Of a DNA stretch of 64,000 nt, positions 45,076-53,493 are shown in pieces; positions within the stretch are counted from its first letter, which is position 1, and every line of letters begins with the position of its first letter. The notes beneath the pieces are model-generated. The model saw only the letters and a program-made list of their open reading frames with translations. It searched no databases and had not been told where the DNA came from. Position numbers and translations under genes: made by a program. The DNA is from Candidatus Buchananbacteria bacterium (GTDB lineage Bacteria; Patescibacteriota; Patescibacteriia; 2-01-FULL-39-33), in contig CAISTG010000061.1 of NCBI GenBank assembly GCA_903888345.1, positions 18,512-82,511 on the forward strand. The letters run 5' to 3'.

Positions 45076-46865
45076 TGTTGTTATTTTTTATTATAATTTG
45101 GTTCGTGGCTTCGTGGTGGTTGGCTAATAAAATTTTAGCTAAGCTATTAAAGCTGGATAAAACAGTTATCAAATTGCTAGCTGTTTTTTTGCCGCTATTT
45201 ATTTTGGGACCATTAGCCAATGTCTTTACGGCCTGGCTTAAGTTGACTGATCTGACTATTTATTTGTCACTAATCTTAAGTTGGGTCAGTTTATTTGTTA
45301 TTGACCGCTACTTACTAAAGAAGACTGAATTAACTCAGGTTGTTGAAGCGGAAAAAGTTAGTCTCGACTTTTTTGTTTGGTCCAAGTGGTATTATTTAGT
45401 TTTTGGTTTAGTGGCAGTCAGGGGATTTTGGATGATTGCTCAGTTGGCTACTGGTAGCTCCTTGGCTAGTCCCTGGGAGATTCTAACTAGCTGGCTAATA
45501 CTGGTAATTGCATCCTTGGTGGTCATAATTGGCTATGCCATTTACTGTCGGAAAATTCCGACAGTAGCGACCTTAATCATGATCATGGTTTTTTCTTTAT
45601 TAATTCACTCCTATTTATTCGTCTATCAGAATGGTTTTGGCGGTGATCGTTTTCGTCATTTAGGTTCGGAAGAGAGGATTTTACAAGGCATAGAGTATCA
45701 ACCAACGCTACAGACGAATAATATTTGGTATAAAAATCTAGGACCACTCAAATATCCGCAAGCATTAACTGATAGTGCCAAGTTATCTTATGGCACGATG
45801 TGGTCACTGGAAGTGATTGTGGCGAAAGCGTTTGGTTGGCCAGTTTTTCAAATTAATCGTTTTATGTTGCCTGTATTGTGGTCGCTATTTTTGACCTTGA
45901 TAATTTTTGCCATGAGTTACGTGTTGCGACCAGATAAGCAATTAGCTTTGTGGTCGGCGCTGCTTGCTAATTCAGTTTATTTATTTCAGTATTATGGTGC
46001 GCAGGGGTTGCCGGCTTCTTATGGCTTATTGTGGTTAGCATTTTATTTTCTGTTACTAGTTGGCTATCTTAAAAATCCGGGCCGTTCCAGGTTATGGTTA
46101 CTAATCGCTGGCTTGGGTTTAATGTATTTTAATTATTCACTCGCTTTTTTATTAGCTGGTATCGGACTTCTTTTGGCCGTCACTTTAGTTAAGAAAAAAT
46201 TCTATATTTATCTAATAGCGCCACTTTCAATTGTCGCTTTAATTGGTTTAGATTATTTGTCGTCTCCGCTAGTTAACTTTTCTTGGTCGAAAATTTTGAG
46301 TTCCTGGTCATTTGGTAATTTCTTAACCTTTGAGTCGCTTAGTCGCTTAATCCCAATAATTGGCGAGTGGCATCGTTTGGATTATGCTTTATTAATTGTG
46401 GCGGCATTGATCATAATCTTGGGATTATTTAAATTATGGCACCGACAAGACCCAGTCGAGTTATTAATTTTACTAATGGCTAAAATAATTTTAGCCAGTT
46501 ATTGCTTAAGTTATTGGTTGCTTAATGGTGAGCATTCTTTGACTCGCCGCTTATCATTGTTTGCAATTTTATTTTTAGTACTGATAGTTGCTGGGGTGGT
46601 TGTGGACGGTATAAAAAGCAAGAAGAGCTTCGCAGTAGTTGTTGCTGCGGTCGTAGTACTGACAGCTTTAACCTATTATTCCGGACCGGTCTTACAGGTA
46701 AATATTAGTAATCGAGAAATCGCGAAAGCACAAGCCATCTGGCATGACATTAAGTCTCGACCCGAATATTGTGTTAAGGATGATTTAAATGTTATCTTAG
46801 CCCTGGAGTATGTTTCAGCGAAACAGTTTCAAGAGGAGATTAATAATCGCAATTGTGGTAGATAA
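45075..46865 (+). CDS. Polytopic membrane protein (596 aa), possible GT-C-like
   Basis: More than 12 TM helices. First loop 'YQNGFGGDRFRHLG'. 1-nt overlap (TAATG) with tatD. Confidence 0.35.
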   Translation: MLLFFIIIWFVASWWLANKILAKLLKLDKTVIKLLAVFLPLFILGPLANVFTAWLKLTDLTIYLSLILSWVSLFVIDRYLLKKTELTQVVEAEKVSLDFFVWSKWYYLVFGLVAVRGFWMIAQLATGSSLASPWEILTSWLILVIASLVVIIGYAIYCRKIPTVATLIMIMVFSLLIHSYLFVYQNGFGGDRFRHLGSEERILQGIEYQPTLQTNNIWYKNLGPLKYPQALTDSAKLSYGTMWSLEVIVAKAFGWPVFQINRFMLPVLWSLFLTLIIFAMSYVLRPDKQLALWSALLANSVYLFQYYGAQGLPASYGLLWLAFYFLLLVGYLKNPGRSRLWLLIAGLGLMYFNYSLAFLLAGIGLLLAVTLVKKKFYIYLIAPLSIVALIGLDYLSSPLVNFSWSKILSSWSFGNFLTFESLSRLIPIIGEWHRLDYALLIVAALIIILGLFKLWHRQDPVELLILLMAKIILASYCLSYWLLNGEHSLTRRLSLFAILFLVLIVAGVVVDGIKSKKSFAVVVAAVVVLTALTYYSGPVLQVNISNREIAKAQAIWHDIKSRPEYCVKDDLNVILALEYVSAKQFQEEINNRNCGR

Positions 46866-46881
46866 TTATTAAGATATTTAT

Positions 46882-47286
46882 ATGGACTGTATTTTTTGTA
46901 AAATCGTTGCGGGTGAAATACCGGCGACCAAAATTTATGAGGATGAAAATATTTTAGCCTTTTTGGATATTGCTCCGGTTAATCCCGGTCATACTTTGGT
47001 TATTCCTAAACCGCATTATGCTAATTTTATGGAATTGCCTGAAGAAGAGTCGGCTGTAATAATTAGAACCATCAAAAAATTGGCGGCTGGCGTAATAAAG
47101 GGAACTGGTGCCGAGGGTTTTAATCTTACCTTAAATAATGGGACCGTCGCCGGTCAAGTTGTGGGTCATGTGCATTGGCATATTGTACCGCGCTTTCCGG
47201 ATGATGGGCGAGTGCTTTGGCCTGGTCAAGTTTATCAGGAGGGTGAGGCCGCAGCGATTGCTGAAAAAATTAAACAACAATTATAA
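46882..47286 (+). CDS. HIT-family (histidine triad) nucleotide hydrolase
   Basis: 'HVHWHIVPR' HxHxHxx motif. Confidence 0.85.
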   Translation: MDCIFCKIVAGEIPATKIYEDENILAFLDIAPVNPGHTLVIPKPHYANFMELPEEESAVIIRTIKKLAAGVIKGTGAEGFNLTLNNGTVAGQVVGHVHWHIVPRFPDDGRVLWPGQVYQEGEAAAIAEKIKQQL

Positions 47287-47294
47287 ATAAAAGA

Positions 47295-47324
47295 CCCCGA
47301 GAGTTAAACTTTCGGGGTTTGTTG
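47295..47324. terminator. Bidirectional intrinsic terminator
   Basis: CCCCGAGAG-ttaaa-CTTTCGGGG followed by TTTGTTG, between convergent genes. Confidence 0.7.
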
Positions 47325-47326
47325 CT

Positions 47327-47860
47327 TTAGTAGCTAATATTTTGTCCTCGTAGTAATCGCGGCCGATTTGTTCTGTAGTCGCTAATAGCGATTAATTTGA
47401 CTGGATTTTCACATTCGGCAAACATTGTCTTGGCTGCTGCACAGGATTTTGCCCATTCGGCACCTGCTAGTTCGCTGAATTTTGTATCCCAATCTAGGTC
47501 AATGATGACCTCAGTAATTCCCGCTTCAATAATCATAATAGCGCATTTATCGCAGGGGGTACCATTGGTATACATGTGGCAACCATTGGTAGCTTGGCCG
47601 TACTTGGCAGCATTAGCAACAGCGGTCGCTTCGGCATGTCCTGAGTAGAAATATTTCTCGGGTCGCTCGTGACGCTCCGGAATGTCCTGTCTAACTCCCG
47701 CAGGAAAACCATTGAATCCCTTTGATATTATAACTTTTCGATTGGGGTCAACAATAATTGCTCCAATATGTGCGCTGCGGTCTCTGCTAAAATTGTCGGC
47801 GATTGAGTATACGATACTTAAATAGTGTTCTTCTGCATCTTTAACTGGTCTAATTTCCAT
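47327..47860 (-). CDS. dCMP deaminase (CMP/dCMP deaminase zinc-binding family)
   Basis: 'HAEATAVANAA' and 'PCDKCA' zinc-binding motifs. Confidence 0.8.
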   Translation of the reverse strand: MEIRPVKDAEEHYLSIVYSIADNFSRDRSAHIGAIIVDPNRKVIISKGFNGFPAGVRQDIPERHERPEKYFYSGHAEATAVANAAKYGQATNGCHMYTNGTPCDKCAIMIIEAGITEVIIDLDWDTKFSELAGAEWAKSCAAAKTMFAECENPVKLIAISDYRTNRPRLLRGQNISY

Positions 47861-47896
47861 TTTCTTGCTCCCATTGGTTGTTTGCTGTTTAAGGTC

Positions 47897-49243
47897 CTAT
47901 TGGATATTTAACTTGAAAACACCAAAGTTGTCAACTGCATAAAATAGATTTTGTCCAGCGCGGTCACTAACTAGGTGAGTGGCGTCGGACGCGGCAATGG
48001 TAATAATATTACGTAATTCACGATTATCTAATTCAATCAGTTTGATTTGCTTGTCGGTGGAAAAAATCAAATGACGTCCTTGTGGATGCCAAATCACGTT
48101 CCTAATCGAAGTACTAAGTCGCGTAATTAATTCTGGTTCAGCTTTGCCGGTTTCAAAAATGTAGATTTCAAAATCGTTATAAATAATTAGCGAATCACCA
48201 TTGAGCCATTGTAGGTTTTTGTAGGCTAAATCAACAGCTCGTGTTTGATTGGCTAAATCGATAATAGTTAAAATATTTTTTGTTGGGTCAACAATAAAAG
48301 CTTTATTGTTTTTAATTTGCTTGATTTGGCAACTAACGCAGGTTATCTTTTTGATATCTTTGGCGCCCTCACCGGTTAAGGTTTGCTGCGTTAACAATTG
48401 GTTACTAATAGTGTAGAGAACTTTGTTGACGATATAGAAATCATCGAGTCCGGATTTTTTCAATACTAGTTTTGGTGATAGTGAAGTTAAATCATACTGC
48501 CAAAGTGTAGTGGCGTCTAGAGCATAAAGATTATCACTGTTACTATCCCAATGAATGCTTTTGTAGTTTTTACCTGACAATTGCTTGAAGTCTTTAGTTA
48601 AGGTGTCTAAGACGAAGTAATTTGTTTGTTGGTTTTTGGAAGCCAGAATCAAGAGATGACGACCCGACGGCGAGAAGGAATCTAACTTAAGAGAATCATA
48701 GTTAATAACCGCAGCATTAGTACTTTTGACGGCGCCAATAGTTTCGATCTTACCGCCAGTTAATTCACCGAAGATGCCAGAATTAATATCCAGCAACGAA
48801 AGATTATTATGGTCATCGGTCAGGACGACGATATTTTGATCTGGCGTGATGAGCCAATCGGTAACAGTTGAAGTACTTAACGACTGCGAGTTCGATTTTT
48901 TCCAGAGCATGATTTTTTCGGCGAAGGTTGTGCCGTTTTCATAAACAGCCAATTTTTTTTGCCAGTCATAGTAGCCGTCCTTAGAGAGAGAAATTTCATA
49001 ATCACCTGGCAGCAGGTATTCAATTTTCGCCGGTGTCAGGCTGGTTTCGTAGCGTTGGCCATTTAATTTAATGGTTGCCGCTTTAGGATTCGAAGTAATT
49101 TTAAGAATTCCCGTTTTTTGGACTCGTCCTTTTGTTAGATTATAACGATAGCCCATAGTATAAAGAATAACAAGGGGCGACGCAATCAGAAAAATGGAAA
49201 TAAAAGCTACGTAGGTTATTCTTCGGTGGATTGGAGTTTTCAT
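47897..49243 (-). CDS. Membrane-anchored PEGA-domain protein with beta-propeller-like C-terminal region
   Basis: N-terminal TM, then 'ILKITSNPKAATIKLNGQ...LLPGDYEISLSKDGYYDW' (PEGA). Confidence 0.5.
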   Translation of the reverse strand: MKTPIHRRITYVAFISIFLIASPLVILYTMGYRYNLTKGRVQKTGILKITSNPKAATIKLNGQRYETSLTPAKIEYLLPGDYEISLSKDGYYDWQKKLAVYENGTTFAEKIMLWKKSNSQSLSTSTVTDWLITPDQNIVVLTDDHNNLSLLDINSGIFGELTGGKIETIGAVKSTNAAVINYDSLKLDSFSPSGRHLLILASKNQQTNYFVLDTLTKDFKQLSGKNYKSIHWDSNSDNLYALDATTLWQYDLTSLSPKLVLKKSGLDDFYIVNKVLYTISNQLLTQQTLTGEGAKDIKKITCVSCQIKQIKNNKAFIVDPTKNILTIIDLANQTRAVDLAYKNLQWLNGDSLIIYNDFEIYIFETGKAEPELITRLSTSIRNVIWHPQGRHLIFSTDKQIKLIELDNRELRNIITIAASDATHLVSDRAGQNLFYAVDNFGVFKLNIQ

Positions 49244-49298
49244 AAAATTTTATTAGCAATAAACTCGTCTCAAAAGTTAATACGAGACGGTTGCCTTC

Positions 49299-50552
49299 TT
49301 AGTCAGATATTTTTTCAATTTTTGCTCCGAGGGCTTGTAGCCGATTGATTGGGCTTTCATAGCCGCGTTCGATTTGATAGATATTATCGATGATGGTGGT
49401 GCCCTGGGCGATTAAACCGGCCAAGACTAGGGCCATGCCAGCTCGCAAGTCAGGTGATTCTAATTTTCTGCCAAAGAGTGGCGTTGGACCGGAAACAATC
49501 ACGCGATGCGGATCACACATAATAATATTGGCGCCCATCGCGTTCAATTTGTCAGTATAAAATAGACGGCCATCATAAATAACTTCATGGATTAATGATA
49601 ATCCCTTAGCTTGTGTCATGAGCACTGTAAAAGGTGCTTGTAAATCAGTCGGGAAGCCTGGGTATTCGTGAGTTCGTAATTCAATCGCTTTTAATTTGGA
49701 AGGAAAAGTTTTGATGTAATCGGTGCCAACCTCTAGTTTTGCACCTGCTTTTTTTAGAGTTGCTAAAACCACTTCTAAATGTTGAGGCTGACAATTAGTA
49801 ACTTTAATTTCGCTATTGGTTAATAATCCCATAATGACGAAGCTTCCGGCTTCAATGCGATCGGGAATAATTGCACAAGTGCCGCCCCCGAGATTTTTTA
49901 CGCCTTCGATAGTGATAATCGGAGTGCCAGCACCGGAAATTTTAGCACCACAAGAATTTAAGTAATCAGCTAAAGCGGGAATTTCTGGTTCCATGGCCGC
50001 ATTAACGATAGTAGTTATTCCTTGAGCTAAGCAGGCTGTCATCATTAAACTTTCTGTGGCCGTGACTGCGATCCAGGGTAACACAATTTTAGCGCCTTTT
50101 AGTTTTTTGGCGCGCAAAGTGTAATGGCTGTCATGCTCTTCTATTTTGGCGCCCAAAGCTTCGAATCCGGCTAGGAACATATCAATGGGGCGTTTGCCAA
50201 TAACACAGCCGCCAGGATGGGCCATAGTTACTTCACCAAAACGAGCTAGTAGTGGCCCAGCAAACATCACTGAGGTTCTAAGTTTACGTACTAACTCTGC
50301 TGTGGGCTCGGTTTTATTGATGCCACTAGTTTTAATAGTAACTTGATTTTTGGTTTGTTCAATTTCGGCTCCTAAATCGGTTAAAATTTCTAGCATGCGG
50401 CTAGTGTCTTCAATTTCAGGAAAATTGGTAATAGTGCAAGGCTCGGCCGACATGACACAGGCCGCTAAGACCTTTAGCGCCTGATTTTTGGCCCCAGAGA
50501 CAGCAATGGTTCCAGTTAATTTGTGCCCGCCTTCAATTGAGTATTTAGTCAT
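49299..50552 (-). CDS. murA: UDP-N-acetylglucosamine 1-carboxyvinyltransferase
   Basis: 'IEGGHKLTGTIAVSGAKN' MurA N-terminus. 417 aa. Confidence 0.9.
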   Translation of the reverse strand: MTKYSIEGGHKLTGTIAVSGAKNQALKVLAACVMSAEPCTITNFPEIEDTSRMLEILTDLGAEIEQTKNQVTIKTSGINKTEPTAELVRKLRTSVMFAGPLLARFGEVTMAHPGGCVIGKRPIDMFLAGFEALGAKIEEHDSHYTLRAKKLKGAKIVLPWIAVTATESLMMTACLAQGITTIVNAAMEPEIPALADYLNSCGAKISGAGTPIITIEGVKNLGGGTCAIIPDRIEAGSFVIMGLLTNSEIKVTNCQPQHLEVVLATLKKAGAKLEVGTDYIKTFPSKLKAIELRTHEYPGFPTDLQAPFTVLMTQAKGLSLIHEVIYDGRLFYTDKLNAMGANIIMCDPHRVIVSGPTPLFGRKLESPDLRAGMALVLAGLIAQGTTIIDNIYQIERGYESPINRLQALGAKIEKISD

Positions 50553-50620
50553 AGTTTTAGAGTGATTGATGTTTATAGCTTAACATTTATTGCCATATTT
50601 GTCGACTTAGAGTGTAGCTA

Positions 50621-50649
50621 TTGACATTTTTATTTATTTGTGGTTATAT
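50621..50649 (+). promoter_or_regulatory. Sigma70-like promoter (TTGACA-17-TTATAT)
   Basis: -35 TTGACA at 50621-50626, 17-nt spacer, -10 TTATAT at 50644-50649, about 90 nt upstream of the ORF at 50737. Confidence 0.45.
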
Positions 50650-50736
50650 ATTAGAAGCTGTCGTCAGTAGATGACAAAAGAACCTTACAATAATCAGTGG
50701 AATTGGCCATTGATTCAACCAGCAGGAGATTAGCCA

Positions 50737-51408
50737 ATGGTGCCTTCGCAGTTAACTTTTCGGCGACATGCTTGTGATCGGTTGGCCGAAAGATTGTCAC
50801 TAACGGCTGAAGAAGTAATCGAGATAATCGACAATGACCTTTGCGTCTTAATCGGGGAAGAAGATAACCGCTATCATAAAGTATTTTATAGTCGGCCAGA
50901 TAAGCAATGCTTTGTCGCCATTCATGACCATGAAACTAATGAACTGGTCACTATCTTGCCGCTTGATTACCATCATCGTTGGCAAATATCTGAAGCAGTT
51001 TACTTCGAGGCTAAAGCCAAAATTTGTCCTTATGAGTTAACTCGGCCAGTTCAGCTGGAGCCAGTGTCGGAAATTCCGGCCGTGGTCTGTCCGTCTGCGC
51101 CCCTAGTTACTCCCCAGCAGGTAACCGCTAACGGTGCTAAAGAGCCGAGCGTTAACCTGAGGTTCATCTGTTATTTTCGGGGACGGATTGATGGCCGAGC
51201 ACATACCGCATCCTTTGGTTCCAAATTCTTGCTCGCCAATGTCAAGGAGCAGCTGGAAAGAATCGACCTGAAACAGCTGATCAAAAATAATGTTTCGGCT
51301 GATATTTGGAATGATTGCGAATTGCAATCGGTCTATTATCGTATCGGCAAGGATCGAACTTTGCATGAGTTTAATATAAGTGTTCCCGTAGAAATTCCGA
51401 GCGAGTGA
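50737..51408 (+). CDS. DUF4258-like (toxin-domain) protein with unknown C-terminal extension
   Basis: 'FRRHACDRLAERLSLTAEEVIEII...KVFYSRPDKQCFVAIHDHETNELVTILP' matches the DUF4258 pattern 'HAxxRMxERGIS-EEV...VVv..e.n.iVTVy'. GC visibly higher than neighbours. Confidence 0.5.
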   Translation: MVPSQLTFRRHACDRLAERLSLTAEEVIEIIDNDLCVLIGEEDNRYHKVFYSRPDKQCFVAIHDHETNELVTILPLDYHHRWQISEAVYFEAKAKICPYELTRPVQLEPVSEIPAVVCPSAPLVTPQQVTANGAKEPSVNLRFICYFRGRIDGRAHTASFGSKFLLANVKEQLERIDLKQLIKNNVSADIWNDCELQSVYYRIGKDRTLHEFNISVPVEIPSE

Positions 51409-52121
51409 CATTGGACGCAAAATATATTTTTCAACCTAACAAGTTAATCGACGCGGCGATAACCGCGCCACAACCAGAAAGGATGCGGAAAATGAACGAA
51501 GAATCAGTTTGGGATGAAAAATTTTTGACTGGTAAGCGAGTTTTGGTTGTTGATGAAGATCAGGGGTTGGTTGATAGTAATGTGGATTTGATGAGGATTT
51601 GGGATGCGAGTGAAGTTGATACTGCCCTGGATGCAACAACCGCTTTGGAGAAAATGAAGACCGAACCCTTCTATGACTTGGTGGTGCTCGAGATTGTCTT
51701 GCCCTTAAAACCAGAGTTGGCCGAAAAAATGGAACGTTGCAAAAATGCGCTTTCCGATCTCAGTCGGCAAAGAAACGCCCTGGTTGAGTCGCCGGACTTC
51801 GAACATGATGAGGCCAATCAAAAGTTTCAGGAAGCCAAAAGATTGGAACGTAAGATATCGTTTGTCGGTCAAACGGCAGATGACTCGCTGTATTTTAGGG
51901 CAGGATTGGAAGCGTTAATGGACTTGTCTAGTTATCTGAAGGCCAAGTTCGGTGATGACTTTGCCTCCAAGTTGCCGATTTTGGTACTGACGTCTCAGGA
52001 TAGCTACCTCGATGTCGCGTACCTGTTGAAGAGTACAGGATTGAATTATCGGCTCCTGGGTAAAGGAGCTAATATGGTGGCGATAGCAGCCAACATCAAA
52101 CGGCTGCTCAGTTTAGCCTAA
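51405..52121 (+). CDS. Degenerate receiver (REC)-like domain protein
   Basis: 'KRVLVVDEDQ', 'DLVVLEIVLP' (Glu where the phospho-acceptor Asp would be) and 'LPILVLTSQD' REC beta-strand motifs, with a roughly 75-aa insertion. Confidence 0.45.
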   Translation: MTLDAKYIFQPNKLIDAAITAPQPERMRKMNEESVWDEKFLTGKRVLVVDEDQGLVDSNVDLMRIWDASEVDTALDATTALEKMKTEPFYDLVVLEIVLPLKPELAEKMERCKNALSDLSRQRNALVESPDFEHDEANQKFQEAKRLERKISFVGQTADDSLYFRAGLEALMDLSSYLKAKFGDDFASKLPILVLTSQDSYLDVAYLLKSTGLNYRLLGKGANMVAIAANIKRLLSLA

Positions 52122-52138
52122 GTTCCTTATTTGACCAC

Positions 52139-52167
52139 AAGTCAAGGAGATTCTCCTTGACTTTTTT
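52139..52167 (+). terminator. Intrinsic terminator
   Basis: AAGTCAAGGAGA/TCTCCTTGACTT perfect inverted repeat followed by T6. Confidence 0.75.
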
Positions 52168-52273
52168 ATTTATTCTGCTATACTTAAAGCATATTCCGTA
52201 GAAAGTGGGTAAGGAGTTACAAAACCTTATAAATCCTACTGAGGAAAATAGCTTATTTTAGCTACTTTTACTA

Positions 52274-52294
52274 CTGCGGAAACGCAGTTTTTTT
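52274..52294 (+). terminator. Intrinsic terminator (second, stand-alone)
   Basis: CTGCG-gaaa-CGCAG (GNRA tetraloop) followed by T7. Confidence 0.65.
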
Positions 52295-52357
52295 GTTGCT
52301 CAAAGCAAATTAATTGCGGTATATTAAATTCACCCCGTTTAATAAAATTATATTTCA

Positions 52358-52469
52358 TATAATTTATGATTTGAACCCAGTTTAAATTAATGGGGTGAGT
52401 AAAGTTAATTAATAATCATATGATACAGAATAAGTAATATTATTCAAATCATATTTAACAGGGTAAACT
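52358..52469 (+). promoter_or_regulatory. Conserved 5' leader/promoter cassette upstream of rplJ (candidate L10 autoregulatory leader)
   Basis: Contains a long-range pairing 'TCACCCC' (52318-24) with 'GGGGTGA' (52393-99). Shares about 110 nt of similarity with the region upstream of cvpA. Confidence 0.4.
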
Positions 52470-52973
52470 ATGCCGAAAACAAAAGCACAAAAGACCGCTA
52501 TTTTGGAAACCTTAGGCGATAAGATTTCTCGAATGAAGTCCGCTGTTATGTTCAATTATGCTGGCATTGAAGTTAAGAACCTCAATAAACTCCGCGACAA
52601 GTGTCGTGCCGAGGGTATTGATTACATGGTTGCTAAAAAGACTTTATTAAAAAAGGTTTTAAGCGACAAAGGCTTAACCTCAGCTGCTGATCAAGGTTTT
52701 GGTGGAGAAATCGCTACTTTATTTTCTTATGATGATGAAGTTGCTCCAGCTCGACTCGTTGCCGCTTTCGCTAAAGAAAACGACAAAGTAAAATTTGCCG
52801 GTGGTATCTTTGAAGGTAACTTCATTGACGTTACTAAGGTCACAGAATTATCTAAGATCCCTTCTCGCAAAGAGTTGTTGGCCAAGGTGGTTGGTTGTTT
52901 ATCCAATCCAATGTCCGGCTTAGCTCGTGTTATTAATGCGATTAAGGAAGACAAAGAAAAGTTAGCTGCCTAA
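52470..52973 (+). CDS. rplJ: 50S ribosomal protein L10
   Basis: 'KAQKTAILETLGDKISRMKSAVMFNYAGIEVKNLNKLR' L10 N-terminus. Confidence 0.9.
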   Translation: MPKTKAQKTAILETLGDKISRMKSAVMFNYAGIEVKNLNKLRDKCRAEGIDYMVAKKTLLKKVLSDKGLTSAADQGFGGEIATLFSYDDEVAPARLVAAFAKENDKVKFAGGIFEGNFIDVTKVTELSKIPSRKELLAKVVGCLSNPMSGLARVINAIKEDKEKLAA

Positions 52974-53003
52974 TAAATCTAAAAATAATAATAAAACAAA
53001 AAT

Positions 53004-53393
53004 ATGGACGAGCAAAAAGAAATCATTGTTCCTGAGAAATTCAAATCCTTAGTTGAACAAATCGATAAGTTATCAGTCGTTGATTTGGCTGAATTGGTAA
53101 AAGTTTTAGAAGAAAAGTTTGGCGTTTCTGCCGCTGCTCCAGTCATGGTAGCCGCTGCCGCTGGTGCCGCTGTTGAAGAAAAAGATAGCTTTGATGTTGA
53201 ATTGACTAACGCTGGCGCTAGCAAGATCAATGTTATTAAAGTGGTTAGAACTATCACTAGCTTGGGCTTAAAAGAAGCTAAAGATTTAGTTGATGGCGCT
53301 CCTCAAATTGTTAAAGAAGGTGCTAAGAAAGAAGAAGCTGAAAAAATTAAGAAAGAATTAGAAGAAGCTGGCGCTACTGTCACTCTTAAATAA
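53004..53393 (+). CDS. rplL: 50S ribosomal protein L7/L12
   Basis: '[24 protein letters not shown]' with Ala-rich hinge and '[33 protein letters not shown]'. Confidence 0.92.
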   Translation: MDEQKEIIVPEKFKSLVEQIDKLSVVDLAELVKVLEEKFGVSAAAPVMVAAAAGAAVEEKDSFDVELTNAGASKINVIKVVRTITSLGLKEAKDLVDGAPQIVKEGAKKEEAEKIKKELEEAGATVTLK

Positions 53394-53426
53394 TTGATTA
53401 GATAATCAATCAATTGGAAATAAAAA

Positions 53427-53475
53427 ATACGTCCGGTCACCAGTTTTAATAAGCTGGAGCTGGACGTATTTTTTG
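53427..53475. terminator. Bidirectional intrinsic terminator (long imperfect hairpin)
   Basis: A-run, ATACGTCC...GGACGTAT outer stem with inner CCAG/CTGG pairing, then T6. Lies between rplL (+) and the convergent minus-strand gene. Confidence 0.6.
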
Positions 53476-53493
53476 TTGTCGAAACAATTTTAA

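Noticed and set aside
52979-53257. Minus-strand ORF antisense to rplL (also 52727-52954 antisense to rplJ)
   Set aside because: Antisense to highly conserved ribosomal protein genes. Its Ala-rich translation mirrors the L7/L12 hinge codons.
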